From: the human T2T-CHM13v2.0 reference genome, Homo sapiens
Assembly (NCBI RefSeq): GCF_009914755.1
Contig: NC_060939.1
Direction: 5' to 3' (one strand)
DNA: 64,000 nucleotides
Shown here in pieces: positions 14,019 to 29,539 of the stretch (the first letter of the stretch is position 1; the number at the start of each line of letters is the position of its first letter). The translations under genes and the position numbers were made by a program. Under the pieces are notes generated by a model that saw only the letters and a program-made list of their open reading frames with translations, searched no databases and was not told the origin of the DNA.

Positions 14019-14749
14019 GAAGGATGGAACCATAAGCACCTTTAAAGGAACTATAGGGTTGTGATTCAAAGGATTAAGTATATATTTCTCAGATACAATT
14101 AGTACAAAAACCTTTCTCAGAGCTTCAAAGATAAAAAGATAAAAGAATCTATTTGGAGCTTTAGATAAAGAGTAATTCTAGAATTTGTTTATGTTGCCAT
14201 TCAGGGAAAGTTGAAACCAGACATCAGGGCCAGGTTTTGTATAAAAATAATTTGGCATTTTCTCTAAACAAAATCCTAAAATTCTAAATCAGTACTTCCA
14301 GGCAGAATATGCATTTCCACTTCTGACTATCATAGAATAATTGAGAACAGTTATAAAAGTCAGGCAAACTATCATGACAGTAGTTTGTACAGATAAGAGG
14401 GCAACCAAGGCAACCAGAATTTGAGAGGCCAGGATCCCAGAGAGCAGGGGCATGCCTTGAGAGAGTCCCATATTTGTCACTGTTTTTCCCCCCAACCCAG
14501 GGCATTTTCAAATCAAATCATGGGGCAGGGAAATCATGAAGAAAATGGTGGCCTAGTGCTTATAGTAGTCTCACCGACATGGAAAGACAAAAGCTACAGA
14601 ACTTGATTGAGGGGCCAAGTTCCTGGATAAAAGGTGAACCAAATAAAAGTGTGGCTGACTTTCTGCAGGCAACTTTTGTTTTGATGTGTTTTTAACTCCT
14701 AAGCTGTGCATCTGTGAGATAAGAAACCAAGAATCAAAGCAAAAAGCAA

Positions 14750-16330
14750 CTGTCAACAGGCTAAAATGCTAAACTGAGATTTTGGTAATCCATGGTGCTA
14801 GGGATATAAAAGTTGGAGTTCAAGATCCTTCAAGTAGAAAAGGTAGATGGATCACCTCAGGTTTTTAATAGAGATCTCTAAAAGGACTATAATGTAATAA
14901 TAAGAGCAGATCAAATTATACCAACCTTGACTAGATCAAGGTGATCTGCACATATATTAACTGCCTGCCAGGAGAAAATTAAATCCTCTTATTTAAGATA
15001 ATGATATTATTCAGAGAACCCTTATAACATTTCAGATATTAGGTCAAGCATTCAATTAAACTTTACTTGGCATATCATAAAACAAACAAAACAACACAAC
15101 ACAGCAAACGCCCAAGTGACTGAACAATAAGAGAAGAGATAGATAATAGAAACAGGCCAACAGGTGGTTTAGATATGGGTATTATCAAATATAGACCTTA
15201 AAATCATTATGATTAATATGTTTGACAAGTGCATACAAATATGGGGAATTTTACTAAAATAGAATATGTGAAAGAGAATCAAAGGGAAATTTTAGAAAAA
15301 GTTTGAATTAAGAATTTAAAGAATGGACTTCACATATTAGACACAGTAGAAGAGAGGATTAGTGAACTGGAAGATAGGTCAGCAGAAAGTGTCCAGAATA
15401 CAGTCCAGAAAGGGAGAAAATACGAAGAATATTTTTAAAAGAAATCATAAGAGACATATGAGAACCCATGTAAAAGTCTAACATAAATGTAATTGGAGGT
15501 GAGATTGAAAAAGAAGCAATTTTGAAGAACTACTACCTGAGAATTTTCCAAAACTGACCCCAAAAACCCCACACATCGAGTCATAGATTCAAACAAAATA
15601 AACTCAAAGAAAGCCAAACATAGGCACATCATAGTAAAACTGCTGAAAACCAAGGAAGACAAGAAAAATTGTTAAAGCAGCAAGGAAAAACACACATTAC
15701 CTTCAAATAAGCAGTAATGACAGCCAACTTTTCAACAGAACCAACAGAAGCCATTAAAAAATGGAATCACATCTTTGAAATAGTGAAAGATATGTGTCAA
15801 TTGAGAATGCTATACTCAATTAAAATATCAGTGAAAAACGAAGACAAAATAAATACTTTTCAAAGACAAAAACAAACTTCTGATAACTTACCTCTATCAG
15901 ATTTACATTAAAAGAAATACAAAAGGGGATTCTTTTGGCAGAAGAAAAATGATCCTAGACACAAGTGTAATAATGCAAGAAGGAACAAAAACAAAAGAAA
16001 GAGTGACTATAGTGGAAAATATAAATAAATATTATTTAAAACCAATACCAATGTCTGTTGGTTTTAAAGTATATGTAGAATTGAAATACGTAATAGCCAA
16101 ATCACAACGAGTAGAGAGTTAAATGAAGTTAAAGTGTTACAAGGTCTTTGCATGATATGGAAAGTTTGTAAAATTATTAATTGACATTAAATTCTTATAA
16201 GTCAAAGATGCCTGTTGCAATAATTGGGGTATACAACAAAAGGAAAGTTTTAAAAATTGCAAACAAACTAATAGAGTGAGAAATGCAATAATTAAAAATT
16301 ATTTAGTATGTAGTATTACTAGATACAAAG
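14750..16330 (+). mobile_element. Ancient L1M ORF1-region fragment
   Basis: gacacagtagaagagaggattagtgaactggaagatagg, catcatagtaaaactgctgaaaaccaag and gaagccattaaaaaatggaatcacatc are L1M ORF1-like. No intact frame. Confidence 0.7.
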
Positions 16331-16664
16331 TATATTTTTGTATATCATAATTTAGAGATAAAGAAAAAAATCATTGTGAAAAATTCAAAAGGAAGGTTTA
16401 AATACTTTGAAATATTTCTATATTTATCTTGCATGACAAGAACTCTAGTCCCATTGAACAGCAACTCTTTATTTCACCCTCTCTTGTAGCCCCAAGCAAA
16501 CACCATTCAACGTTCTTTACTTATCAATTTGACTACTTTAGATACCTCATGTAAGTAAAATCATGTAGTATTTGTCCTATCCCCTTCAGCACAATGTCCC
16601 CCAGGTTCATCTGTGTTGTAGCAAATGACAGAATTTCTTTCTGATGGCTGGATAAGCACATCCG

Positions 16665-16666
<2 letters not shown>

Positions 16667-16701
<35 letters not shown>

Positions 16702-16732
16702 TGTGCATATATATATATTTATGTATATATAT
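16667..16732. repeat. (GT)n/(AT)n compound microsatellite
   Basis: A GT run followed by atatatatat tracts. Confidence 0.95.
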
Positions 16733-17658
16733 ACACCACAATTATATTTTCTTTATGCATTTATCTATTGATGGGTATTTACATTATTTTCAGCTCCTGG
16801 CTGTTGCAAATAATGCCGCAATGAGTATGAGAATACAACCATCTCTTCAAGATCCTGATTTCTTTTAGATAAACACCCAGAGGTGGAATTGCTGGATTAT
16901 ATTGCTATACTATTTTTCATTTTGGGGGGAACCCCATACTGTTTTACTTAGCAATTTTACTTTGCCATCAGTGGTCCACAAGGGTTCCAATTTGTCCACA
17001 TATTCACAATACTTGTTATTTTCTGTTTTTTTTTTGTTTGTTTTTTTAAAGAAAATCCTAACAGGTGTCAGGTGATACCTCATTGTGGTTTTTATTTGCA
17101 TTTCCCTGATGATTAGTGATGTTGAGCATCTTTTTATATACCTGTTGATTGTTTGTTTTCTTTTGAGAAATGTCTATTCAAGTCCTTTGCTCATTTTAAA
17201 ATCAAGTTACTGTTTTTAAACTTTTGAGCTATAGGAGTTTCTTATATATTAACGTCTCATCAAATATATGGCTTTCAAATATTTTCTTTCATTTTATAGG
17301 TTGTCTTTTCACTCTCTGGATGGTTTCCTTTGCTGTGCAGAAGGTTTTTAGTTTGATGTAGTTTCAATTGTCTACTTTTGCTTTTGTTCCCTGTGCTTTT
17401 GATGTCAGATCCAAGAAATTATTGCCAAGACCAATGTTATGAGGATTTTCTCCTATAAGTTCTTCTAGGAGTTTTATTATTTCTGGTCTTGCATTTAATT
17501 CTTTCATTTTTAGTTGATTTTTGTATATGGCGTAAGGTCGGTGTTCATTTTCATTCTTTTGCATGGGGATATCCAGTTTTCTCAATGTCATTTGTTGAAG
17601 AGACTATCCTTTCCCCATTTTGTAGTCTTAACACCATTATTGAAGATTGTTTGACTGT

Positions 17659-18149
17659 TGTGATGGTTACTTTTAATCTGTCAACTTGACTGGGCTAAGG
17701 GATGCCCACAAAACTGGTAAAACATAATTTCTGAGTGTGTGTGTGTATGTGTATTTCCAGGAGAGATCAGCACTTGCCTTAGTAAACTGAGTAAAAATCA
17801 CTCTTCCAATATGGGTATCATCTAATCCTTTTAGCTCCTGAAAAGAACAGAAAGGTGAAGGAAGGGCAAATTCGCTCTCTGTTTGATCTGGAACATCCAT
17901 CTTCTCCTGCCCTGGGATGCCAGCACTGCTGGTTTTTGAGCCTTAGGACTTGGACTGGAAATTATAACATTGGCTCTCCTGGTTCTCAGGCCTTTGGGTT
18001 TGAACTGGCACTATACCACTGGCTTTCAGGGACCTCCAGCTTGCAGATGGCAGATTATGAAATTTCTCAACCCCCATAATCAAGTGAGCCCATCCCTCAT
18101 AATAAATATCTGTCTGGTACTATTTTTCTGGAGAACCATGACTTATAAA
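17659..18149 (+). mobile_element. MLT2 (ERVL) solo LTR
   Basis: Starts tgtgatggttacttttaatctgtcaacttgactgggctaagggatgccca and ends ctggagaaccatgacttataaa. Contains aataaa near 18103. Confidence 0.9.
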
Positions 18150-18365
18150 TCCATATATATGTAAGCTATTTCTGTTCTCCATATTCTGATCTATAATTGG
18201 TCTGTCACTAATGACAGTATCATATCGTTTGATTACTGCAGGTTTGTAATATATTTTAAAATTAGGAAGTATGGGGCTTCCATCTTTGTTCTTCTTTCTC
18301 CAGGTTGTTTTGGCTATTTGGAATCCTTGTGGTTCCATATAAACTGTAGAATTGTTTTCATATTT

Positions 18366-18861
18366 TTTAAAAAAAATTTAACTTTTATTTTAGGTTCATG
18401 GGTACATGTGCAAGTTGGTTATATAGGTAAACTCATAACTCAGGCGTTTTTCTGTACAAATTATTTTGTCACCCAGGGACTAAGCATAGTACCTGATAGG
18501 TTTTGTTTTCCCCAAACCTCTCCCACTTCCCACCTCTTAGTCTTAAATAGGCCACAGTGTCTGTTGTTCCCTTCTTTCTGTCCATGTGTTCTCATTATTT
18601 AGCTCCCACTGTTAAGTGAGAACATGTATTATTTGGTTTTCTGATCCTTCATTAGTTTGCTGAATATAATGGCATTTGCTTTCATCCATGTTTCAACAAA
18701 GAACATGATCTCGTTCTTTTTTATGGCTGTGTAGATATTCCATGGTGTATATGTACCATGTTTTCTTTATCCAGTCTACTGTTGATGGGCATTTAGATTG
18801 CTTCCATGTCTTTGCTATTGTGAAGTGCTGCAATAAACATACAAATGCATATGTCTTTATG
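18366..18861 (-). mobile_element. 5'-truncated L1PA (older, ~L1PA13-16) 3' end
   Basis: ttttattttaggttcatgggtacatgtgcaagttggttatataggtaaac... Near-TSD gttttcatattt (18354) vs gtttttatattt (18862). Confidence 0.85.
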
Positions 18862-21800
18862 GTTTTTATATTTCTGTAAAAAATGCCGCTGGGATTTTGA
18901 TAGAGAATGTATTGAATCTTTAGATTGCTTTGGATAGTATGGCCATTTTAATAATATTAATCTTTCCAATCCAAGAACATGGGATATATTTCCATTTATT
19001 TTATTTATTTTATTTTTGTCTTTAAATTTAACAATATTACATCTTCAAATCCGTGAGCACTAGATGTCTTCCATTTATTTGTATCTTCTCTAATTTATTT
19101 CAGAAATGTTTTGCAGTTTTCAATGTATAAGCCTTTTGTCTCCTTGGTTAAGTTTTTTCCTAAATATTTTGTTCTTATTGATGCTATTTTAAATGGAATT
19201 GTTTTCTTAATTTCCCTTTGATTGTTCATTGTTGGTATATAAAAATACAACTGATCTTTGTATGTTGATTTTGTATCCTGTTATTCATAAATTTGCTATT
19301 AGTTCTAAGAAGTTTATTCTTGTTTTTGTTTTTTGTTTTTGTGAAATCCTTATGATTTTCTACATATAAAATCATGTCATTTGTGAACAGGGACAATTTT
19401 ACTTCCCTTCCAATTTGGGTGCATTTTATTTCTTCTTATCGCCTAATTGCTCCCGATAGTACTTCCAATGCTATGGTGATTAGAAGTGGTGAGGGTGAGT
19501 ATCCTTGTCTTATTCCTGATCTTAGAGGAAAAGCTCTCCATTTTTCAGCATTGAATATGAAGCTAACTATGAGTTTTTCATATATAAACTTTATGAGGTC
19601 AATATAATTTCTTTCTACAGGTAGTTACTTAAGTGGGTTTTAAATCATTAATGAGTGTTTAATTTTGTCAAGTGCCTTTTACACACCTATTGAGATGGTC
19701 ATGTGGTTTTTATATTTCATTCTGTTAACATGGTATATTACAGATTGATTTTCATATGCTGAACCATCCTTGAATTCCACAAATAAATCCCAATTGACAT
19801 AGTGTATGATACTTTTAATGTGCTGTTGAATTTGGTTTTCTTGTATTTTGTTGAAGATATTTGCATCTATATTCATCAGGAATATTGGCCTTTAGTTTTC
19901 TTTTCTTCGTCATCAGGATAATTCTGTCCTCACAATTAGTTTGGAAGTATTCTTTCCTCTTAAATTTTTTAGAAGAAATTTGAGAAAAGCTGCAATTCTT
20001 CTTTAAGTATTTGCAGTAATTCACCAGTGAAACCATCTGGTCTTGGGCTTTTTTTGTTGTTGTGAGGTTCTTTGATTATGGATTTAATCTTTTTGCTAGT
20101 TATACGTCTGTTCATATTTTCTATTTATTCATAATCCTGTCTTGGTAAGGTGATAAGGTAGGGGAATAAATTCCTAGAAATTTATTCATTTCTGTTGGTT
20201 ATACAATTTGTTGGCAATATAACTGTTCTTAGTACTCTCTTATAATCCTTTAATTTCTGTAGCATCAGTTGTAATGGGCCCTATTGCATTTCTGATTTTA
20301 TTTATTTGAGTCTTTTATCTTTTTTCTTAGTTGGTCTAGCTAAAGACTTGTCAATTTTGTTTATCTTTCAGAAAACCAAAAATCAGCCTTTAGTTGCATT
20401 TTTTTAAATTTTTCTAGTCTGTTTTATTTATTTATGCTCTGGTATTTATTATGTTCTTCTACTAAATTTAAACTTAGTTTGCTCTTTTTATAGTTCCTTG
20501 AGGTGTAAAGTTAGGTTGTATCTGAGGTCTTTCTTTTTCTTAATGTAGGCATTTATCACTACAAATTGCCTTGTTAGACTTGCTTTTGCTGCATCCCATA
20601 ATATTGGTATGTTATGTGTCCGTTTTCACATGTCTCAAGATTTTCTTTTCTAATTTCAGGAGACTGTTAGTTAATTTTCACATATTTATGAATTTTCCAA
20701 TTTTTATCCTGTTATTGACTTTTAGTTTTATACTACTGTGGTTTGAAAAGATACTTGACATGATAACAATCTTTTTAAATTTGTTAGTGCTTGTTTTATG
20801 GCCTAACATATGATCTATCCCAGACAAAGTTCCATGTGCATTTGAGAAAAATGTGTTTTTTGCTATTGTTACATGAAATATTCTGTATACGTCTGTTATA
20901 TCATATTGTTCAAGTATTGTTCAAGTTCACTATTTCATTAGTGATATTTGGTCTGGATGGTCTACTCATTGTCAAAAGTAGGGTATTGATGTGCTCTACT
21001 ATTACTGTATTGCTATCGATTTCTCCTTTTATTTCTCTTAATATTTGCTTTATATATCCAGATGCTCAAATGATGGTTGCATATATATTTTCAACTGTTA
21101 TGTCCTCTTAATGAATCGACCAATTTTCTTAATAAAATGACCCTGAATATGAATATCCATTTTCTTCCCATTTGGGAAGTTTTCAGCCATTATTTATTTA
21201 AATAAACTTTCTTCTTATTTTTTTCCTTCCTCTGAAATTCCCATAATGTATAAATGTATATATTGATCTGCTTGATGATATCTCATAAGTCCCTTAAGCT
21301 TTCTTCACTCTTTTCCAATTTTTAAAAAATTTTTGATTTCTGACTGTGTAATTTCAAATGACTTCTCTTCAAGCTTATTGATTCTTCTGCTTGATCATGT
21401 CTGCTATTGATCCCTCTAGTGAATTTTTCTGTTCAGTTATTGTATTCTTCATGTTCACAGTTTCTGTTTGGTTTGTTCTTTTTTTATATTTCCAATTCTG
21501 TTGATATTCTTATTTTGTTCATATATTTTTTAGCTCATAAAGCATTTTTATAACAGTTATTTTTAATTCTTTTTGAGTAATTCATGTACCTCAGTTTCTT
21601 TACAATCAGTTATGTATGTATTTTGTTCCCTTCTTTGGGCCATGTTTCCCTGTTTCTTCATGTGTCTCATAGCTGCCTCCAGGCATTCAAACTATACCTG
21701 TTTCATTAGCACTTTGAATGAAGGGAGACAGAAAAGTCCACCAGGTATCCCTGCCTTCAAGAAAGAAGTTGTGAGCCAGGACTGTCTCTCCATGGGAAAG

Positions 21801-24269
21801 GGGGTAGGTAAAGGGAAATTGCCCTATTAACCTGTTTCAATGTGGCTATTCTTTGCTTTGTGCTTGCCTTGAGTACTGAAATGTCTTAACTAGAGTTCAA
21901 CATTCTTACAAAGGTATTTTGGCCCATGTATCATTAAATTGGTGTTTCTGTGGAAGAACAAGAGCTACGAATTCCTACTTCACCACCTTGTTGACGTTAC
22001 TCCTCCTCGCTTGATTTTTAAGACAATAAGTAAACAATTAAATCCTCTGAATTGTAAATGTATAATCTTACTAATAAAAGCAGAGAGACAAGGTTATTAA
22101 AACCTATGTTTGCTTACAGAGATGTTCAGGAGGAACAACAATGCCAAACACAAAGGCAAAAGGAATGGCCATGAAACTTCAGCACTGAACAGCAAACCAT
22201 GAGTGGAAAGTCTGGTTGTTTAGTGCAGACTACATTTCCCTATAAGAAAACACTTTGAGTAAAGCCCAGCCTTAGACTGCTACAAAAACTCACCATTCTT
22301 CTTATCCCCAGTGCCATTTATTCTGACATATAAAATGACTCTATGAATTCTTTAGAAATGTAAATCCAGGGGGTGCCCCAGCAGCCCAGAAACACATGTT
22401 CCCTATTAAGCTAATCACCACCAAATCTCTGGGAGATTCACGTTATCACTGAGAGGAACTGCTGGTACTCTTTACACTCAGTTCTGAATTTGGCCAATAG
22501 TCCTATTTTTTGAGGATTTATACCCTTTGGGGTTATTAGTTGTTTTGTTTTACAGTCTTAGAAGCCTGGCCAATGACAATGTTTTGCCTGAGATACAGGT
22601 GCAGTGCCACTTTTCTGTCTGTATAAAAAGGAATCACAGCAAGTTCCAACAGATCCTGTCAAGAAAGAGGTCAGCATCATAACTGGTAAAGCTGTCTCAG
22701 ATTGACTGCTTAGTTCCACTGTTACATGGGCCCATTTGTGAAGGGTGGGAATAACAAGAACAGCATTTTGTGATATTTGGGTGACTATGGAGACTAATTT
22801 TAGGCCTACACATGGAGTACAAGGACAGGGCTGTCTTCCCCAGACAAGTGTTGCCCTTAGAGCCTGACAAAATATATGCAGAGGAATTTCAAAGGCACTA
22901 CTATGAAATTATTTTTTCTTGCCTTGTCATTATTTTTTCTTTTAACTTAAGAAAAAATGGTGCATTGGCATCATTTCCCAGAAAGTACATGATTCTTCTC
23001 TCTGCAATACCCATTCCTTGGTAAAAGAGAGAATTATCACAGACACATTAAGGTATAGCAAAAATTTTTTTAAACCACACTTAAAACCCATTCCTTAATC
23101 TAGGTTAAAGAACTTAAGAGCAAAAAAATTATGAACTTATTCCCTTCCATTTTTATTTTACTCTCTTTTTTTATGTGCAAATTTTATCTCTGCATCAATA
23201 ATCAAGGACTCAGAAATGTGCTTAGAGTATTATCCTCCCTGCCTCTGCCATTAATTCACTAGCTCCCTTTCCTTAGGGACTGTGTTCTACAATCTCATCA
23301 TAAACAACATTATTCTCTTGCTAACTCCTACTCATCATGCGTCTGCGATATTATGCAGATCCAGGCCTTTAGTAGAACCTGCAATAGTGAAAAAACCCCA
23401 AACACATTGTTTGAAAGCCATACCAACAATACAATAGGAAGGGTATTACAGTGAAGTGCTGGTTTAAGGCCAAGGGAGTGGCTGGGTCCCCCCAGCAACA
23501 GGTGCATTCACTTCCAGACCCGCTTTGGTCTGTCCTAATTAGCATATCATTTCAATTGTCAAAGCCCCCAATGATGACTATACCTCAGCTTCCAATGAAC
23601 AGGAATTAAAGAAAAATTAACTCAAAGATATCTTCCTCTCCTTCTGTTATGGAGTTACTAGAGTTTATTAAGTGTCTAGAATCTGTTTGTTGGACAATCC
23701 TTTGGCTTAAGCTGCCTTCACACTCTGATTCATCCTTCCCCTGACCCATTCCTTGCCCCACACCCATCTCCCATCGTATTTTGAAAGGTTAATGGCTGGC
23801 TCCAATCACTGGCAGTCTTCTTTGCTATTAAGCATGGTTTTCATTTCCTTATTTTTATAAACTGGTAACCATCCAAGTTTCCTCCTAGGACTGCAACATG
23901 TAGTGCAAAAACAAGCTTGTTAAAGCATTGCTTCTTTGGGTCATAAACCATTCCTGAACACCAACTAGGTGGAACCAGGAGTTGGCAAAAGAGATCCAAC
24001 CCAAATTTGGCATGACTAGTGGGAGAAACTGAAGGAAACAATGTCCTTACAAAAGATAAGAGTCATCTGATTGGCTGTATCATTATCTGGTGGATTCTAT
24101 ATCAAATATGTTCCCTCCACTGGCCCTAAATGTTGTTGCATTACATGAGTTAGCAAAGGAAAATAAGAAAGCCTTTAAATGTTGGGGAGTGCTAAAGGAG
24201 AGAGAAAGAGTATGGGTGATGTACTTTGTAGTCTAGTCCTCAGTTTGAAAGCATGGGCAACTCCATCAT

Positions 24270-24450
24270 TCTTATTTCCATCTCTGACCCAAGCAAGTTC
24301 CTTAACCTCTTTCTGCCTCAGTTTTATGATCACTGAAATGGGAATCCCAATACAACCTTCCTCATAGGAAATAATGCATTGTAAAACATATGAAGTACTT
24401 AGTCTAGGGAAAAATACATAATGAGGGCTCAGCAAATGGTAAATGTAAGA
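24270..24450. mobile_element. MIR fragment
   Basis: tgacccaagcaagttccttaacctctttctgcctcagtttt...aaatggga is the MIR core. Confidence 0.75.
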
Positions 24451-25064
24451 TAAAATTGTATTTTTATTAACAAAATTCACCTGGCTTACCCATACCTGTT
24501 CATGTGCTCAGATACAGAAAGAAGTACATGTACTCAGACACATGACTCTGGGACTCTGGAGTTCTTTGTTCCAATTGCAGCCTGTTGAGGCTTGAGTAAG
24601 TTAGACAATGGCTGCAGAGAGAATCTCTGAATCTATAAAAACACAAGGCATGTCTGAGTGGATGAATCGACTGCCTCCTCTCAAAGATATGAAGATATGA
24701 TGTTTTTACAGCCTAAGCCCCATTGCACATTCACATTAGCCTTGGGACTAGTCCCATCCAAGCTTTGAATTTACCTAGAAGGGGCCAGGTATACCTTTTA
24801 TTCTGAGGTCAGAGTAATGGAGGTATGTGAGCCAACATACACACAAACACACACACCTACACACATATACATGTGTGCACACACACATATCCAAATTTAA
24901 CATAAATCCAAAGAATCACTCTTAGGGAGTCTTCCATGGAGACTTGGTTGGATATTGGCTCTGTATTTATCAAATTCTTTGAGTTTGATTAACAGTCTTA
25001 CCTCTTCCTAACTCCTCCTTAGCAACCTACTAAACCTCTCTATGCTTCATTTTTCTCTTTGTAA

Positions 25065-25307
<243 letters not shown>

Positions 25308-25780
25308 TAGCTATTGACTTTATTTTTGTTTTAATTTTTTTTTTTTTAAAGAAAGACATAAGCCCAATCTGGAGCCCCAAGGCAAAGCTTCTTTTCACCA
25401 AAGACAAAACAATTATATTTCATTCAGGGGTTTGTTTCAAAATATCTGTTAGATATTAGCAAAAGGAAAAATACAAATACTCAGAGACTGAAAGAAAATA
25501 ACCCAAAATATCCAGTAACTTTCTCTTAATGATGGGCTTATAGAAAATTATTTTTTGCTTTATATTTTTCAAAAATTCTAAAACACTACGATGAGCACAA
25601 ATTACTTTTATAGTCACAAAAAGTCATTATTTTTACAAATATTCACACACATAATTGTCTTAATGACAGTGCATGTACTTTAGCCTCTCTACTCAGTTCC
25701 TCATACTTACCTGCACATCTCCAAGGTGGTCTTTGCTGAATTCTCTGGGGGATGATGGTGCCTAATGACTGGGAGATTTG

Positions 25781-25784
<4 letters not shown>

Positions 25785-25815
<31 letters not shown>

Positions 25816-25859
25816 TTCTGTCTCTTTCTTTCTCACTCTGTGTCTGTGTGTGTGTGTGT
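25785..25859. repeat. (TC)n...(TG)n compound microsatellite
   Basis: A TC run from 25785 and a TG run ending near 25859. Confidence 0.95.
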
Positions 25860-26253
25860 AAAGTTATTAGTCTAATTTGAACTTTTTTGCTATGTTTCAT
25901 TTTTGAAATGTTCAAATAAAATACCAAAATCTAAAAGAACCCACTCTCAAGGATGATCACACGTTACTATTTAATCATTTTGCTTCAGATATTTTGTTTA
26001 AATATGTAAAACAGAATATTATAAATGAAATCAAGTTTCTTTTGTTTCTTCAAGTTCCAACCCCTTATCTCTTTCTTTATGAGAAGCTATTATTATAAAT
26101 TTGAAGGGTACCATTTCAGTCCACATTTTTGTATTTGAATTGCATGTGTATGTCTTCATAAACATGCTTTGCATGCCTTGAAGTGTTTACAGATTCTTTC
26201 GTGCTGTATCATTTTAAGGTTGCTTATTTTCACTCAAATTATATTTTATAGAT

Positions 26254-26473
26254 CAGTGTGATCTGATAAAAATATAATATAAACCATACATGTAATTTTA
26301 AATTTTCTAGTAGCTGCATCATAAAAAGTAAAAAGAAGCAGGTAAAATCAAATTTATTATATATTTTATTTAACCAAATATATAGAAAATATTATTTTAA
26401 TGTATGGCCTTAGCCACATTTCAAGTGCTGAATAGCTTTATATGGCTAGTGGCTACCATATTGGATAGTACAA
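26254..26473. mobile_element. MER33-like hAT-Charlie MITE
   Basis: catgtaattttaaattttctagtagc...tagccacatttcaagtgctgaatagc...tggctagtggctaccatattgga. Confidence 0.8.
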
Positions 26474-28060
26474 TTCTAGTTCTATTCATATTGATATACA
26501 TTCACTTAATTGTTAAATATATATAATAATATCTATATTTATATATAATTACATATATAGAATAAAGAAATATATATATATATATAATTTACCATAACAG
26601 ATTTACCCATTCACTTATTGATGGACCATTCACATAATAATGCAAAGTTAGATTTTTTCCCCGTTGCAAATAATGTTTTGTTGGACATTTTTGTCTTGTC
26701 TTCTGCTGTGCATACACAAGAATTTCTCTTGATGACTATCTGTGAGTGGAGTGCCAGGTTAATAGGAGTGAGCAACTAGTTGTACAACTGTTACCAAATT
26801 GTTAACCATTAGTGATATCAATTTGGTAAAACTGTTATCTAAATTGTTATCCGTTAGCAAATCAGTGATTGTATTAATTTACATTATCTACAGTAGGGGT
26901 TGAGAGAGTTTGATTCCAAACATCTTTACTACAGACTGCCAGGATGAAATCCCACTTCTACTTCTTATTAACTGAGAGACCTAGGCAAAACAACCTCTGT
27001 TTACTTTTATGTAGAGTTGGAATAATAAAAATGTACCCATCTCGTTGTATTAGATGAGCTAATACATGTAAAGAAAACATTTAGATCCATCCTGTAAAAT
27101 AGTAATCCCTCAATAAATGTAACCAATTGTTATTGTTGTTATTATCATCTTATTTGTTCTTCATAGCTGCTTTGTGTAGTAAGCTGGACAGGTGTTGCTA
27201 TTACCAAGATAAAGGGACTGAATAAGACTCAATCCAAGTCAAGGATTCATTAAATGATATAATGTCACAGCTACAATAAGATTATTTTACCCCATCTTCC
27301 TCTTGCTTTAAAGAAGAAAAAATTGGCGTTTCCTGGGATATTAATTAACTTTTCCAAATTTGATAAGTATCAGAATCTAGAACTAAGTCTTCTTACTCTT
27401 AGATATTACTAGTTGGGGAAATCCATCTCTTTCTCAAGAAACACTGGAAGAAACATAATTTCAGCTATGATCAAATGACAAAGTTCATGGGAAATATCAC
27501 AGATGTATAACTTCATTTAATTAGAACAAAAATCTAGAATACTTTCCTCCTACATTCTGATATTTGGTTAGAATTTCAGTTCTGTCTATCACCACTATAC
27601 CAACATCATTAATACCACCACACCACCAGTACTACCATGCACACTCTTCCCAATTGCAATTATACCCACTTAAACTGGAATATGTGGTGCTTCTCAGTAT
27701 TGATTATGGCTCCATAATACTGAGTGAAAGTAAATTAGAACCCAATGCTTGGCTTAGAAGAGGTATCAAAGCCTAAGCAGGTAAGGATTCTAGGACTCAA
27801 ATTCTGCTGAAATTCTCCCCTTCTTTTCATTCATTGTGTGTATATTTCTCTTTGAGTCTTCGGACATATTTATTATGGCTGTTTTAAAGACCTTGTCTGG
27901 AATTTCCATTACCTGGATCCTCCTCAGGGTCAGTTTCTATTGAATGCCTTTTTTCTCTAGATTATTTTTTGTTGTCTTTGTGTATCGGTGATCTTTGATG
28001 GCAACTGGACATTATACATTATACATTGCAGAGTCTCTGGATTCTACCATGTTCTTTTGA

Positions 28061-28393
<333 letters not shown>

Positions 28394-28716
28394 TGAAGGA
28401 AGATCTGATAAACTGCTTAATTTTCTGTGCCTTAATTTTATCATTTATAAAATGGGAATAATAATAATACCTACCTTATAGTAGGTTATATTAAGGATTA
28501 AATGATAGATGATATGTAAAATTCTCAGCATATTCAATAAATATTAGCTCCTCTTATTGTGAAAAGAGTACTGGGTAGAAAAGAGTAGATCTATGCTTTA
28601 TTTCAATTCTACCATAAGCTCAAGATATGGCCTCAGTTTCTTACCAGTATAATGTTGGGTTGGGGTGGTGATTATAAGGTCATGGAATAGTAGAGCTGTA
28701 TGGGGCCTTTGAGATT

Positions 28717-28994
28717 TTTTTTTGGATTGAGTCTCACTCTGTTGCCTAGCCTAGGGTGCACTGGCATGATCTGGGCTCACTGCAACCTCTGCCTCCTGGG
28801 CTCAAGTGACCCTCCCACCTCAGCCTTATGAGTACCTGGGACCATAGGCATGTGCGACCACACCTGGCTAATTTTTGCAGTTTTTGTAGAGACAGGGTTT
28901 TGCCATGTTGCCCAGGCTGGTCTCAAACCCCTGAGCTTAAGATTAGCCTCCCAAAGTGTTAGGATTACAGGCGTGGGCCACCGCACGGCTGACC
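28717..28994 (-). mobile_element. AluJ element
   Basis: AluJ-type cctcctgggctcaagtg and ttgcccaggctgg. TSD cctttgagatt at 28706 and 28993. Confidence 0.9.
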
Positions 28995-29304
28995 TTTGAG
29001 ATTATTGATCTCATCCAATCAGTGAGGGAAGAATAGGTAGCCCAGGAAGGTAAAACCGTAGCGTTGAACTTTGTGGCATTATGAGGCTCTGAGAAACTTT
29101 GGTTATTCTCAGTATTCCATGACGTTACTGAACATTCTTTTTTAAGGGCTCTTTTAGACCTCGGTCATACCTTCTCCTCATACTTAAGTTATCATATTCC
29201 TTTTCTGATCTTTCCTGAGTTCACAGATTTCTCAGGAGCAGGGCAGAGAATATGTCAAATCAACATTTAATTATCTTTCCTGCTTCTCCACATCTGTGTA
29301 TTCA

Positions 29305-29535
<231 letters not shown>

Positions 29536-29539
29536 AGCA

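Larger units (their letters stand above)
16440..22010 (-). mobile_element. Long degenerate L1M (L1MA/L1MB class) running from 3'UTR to the ORF1 region, with nested insertions
   Basis: Minus-strand ORFs give [15 protein letters not shown] (16910..17101) and MNIDANIFNKI (19679..19876). Interrupted by an MLT2 LTR and an L1PA. Confidence 0.85.

Noticed and set aside
14284-14606. Cluster of overlapping short ORFs, one hydrophobic
   Set aside because: No recognisable homology, non-ATG or weak starts, and no convincing splice boundaries.
22228-22241. GACTACATTTCCC ZNF143-associated motif
   Set aside because: An isolated partial motif with no CpG island or other promoter evidence.
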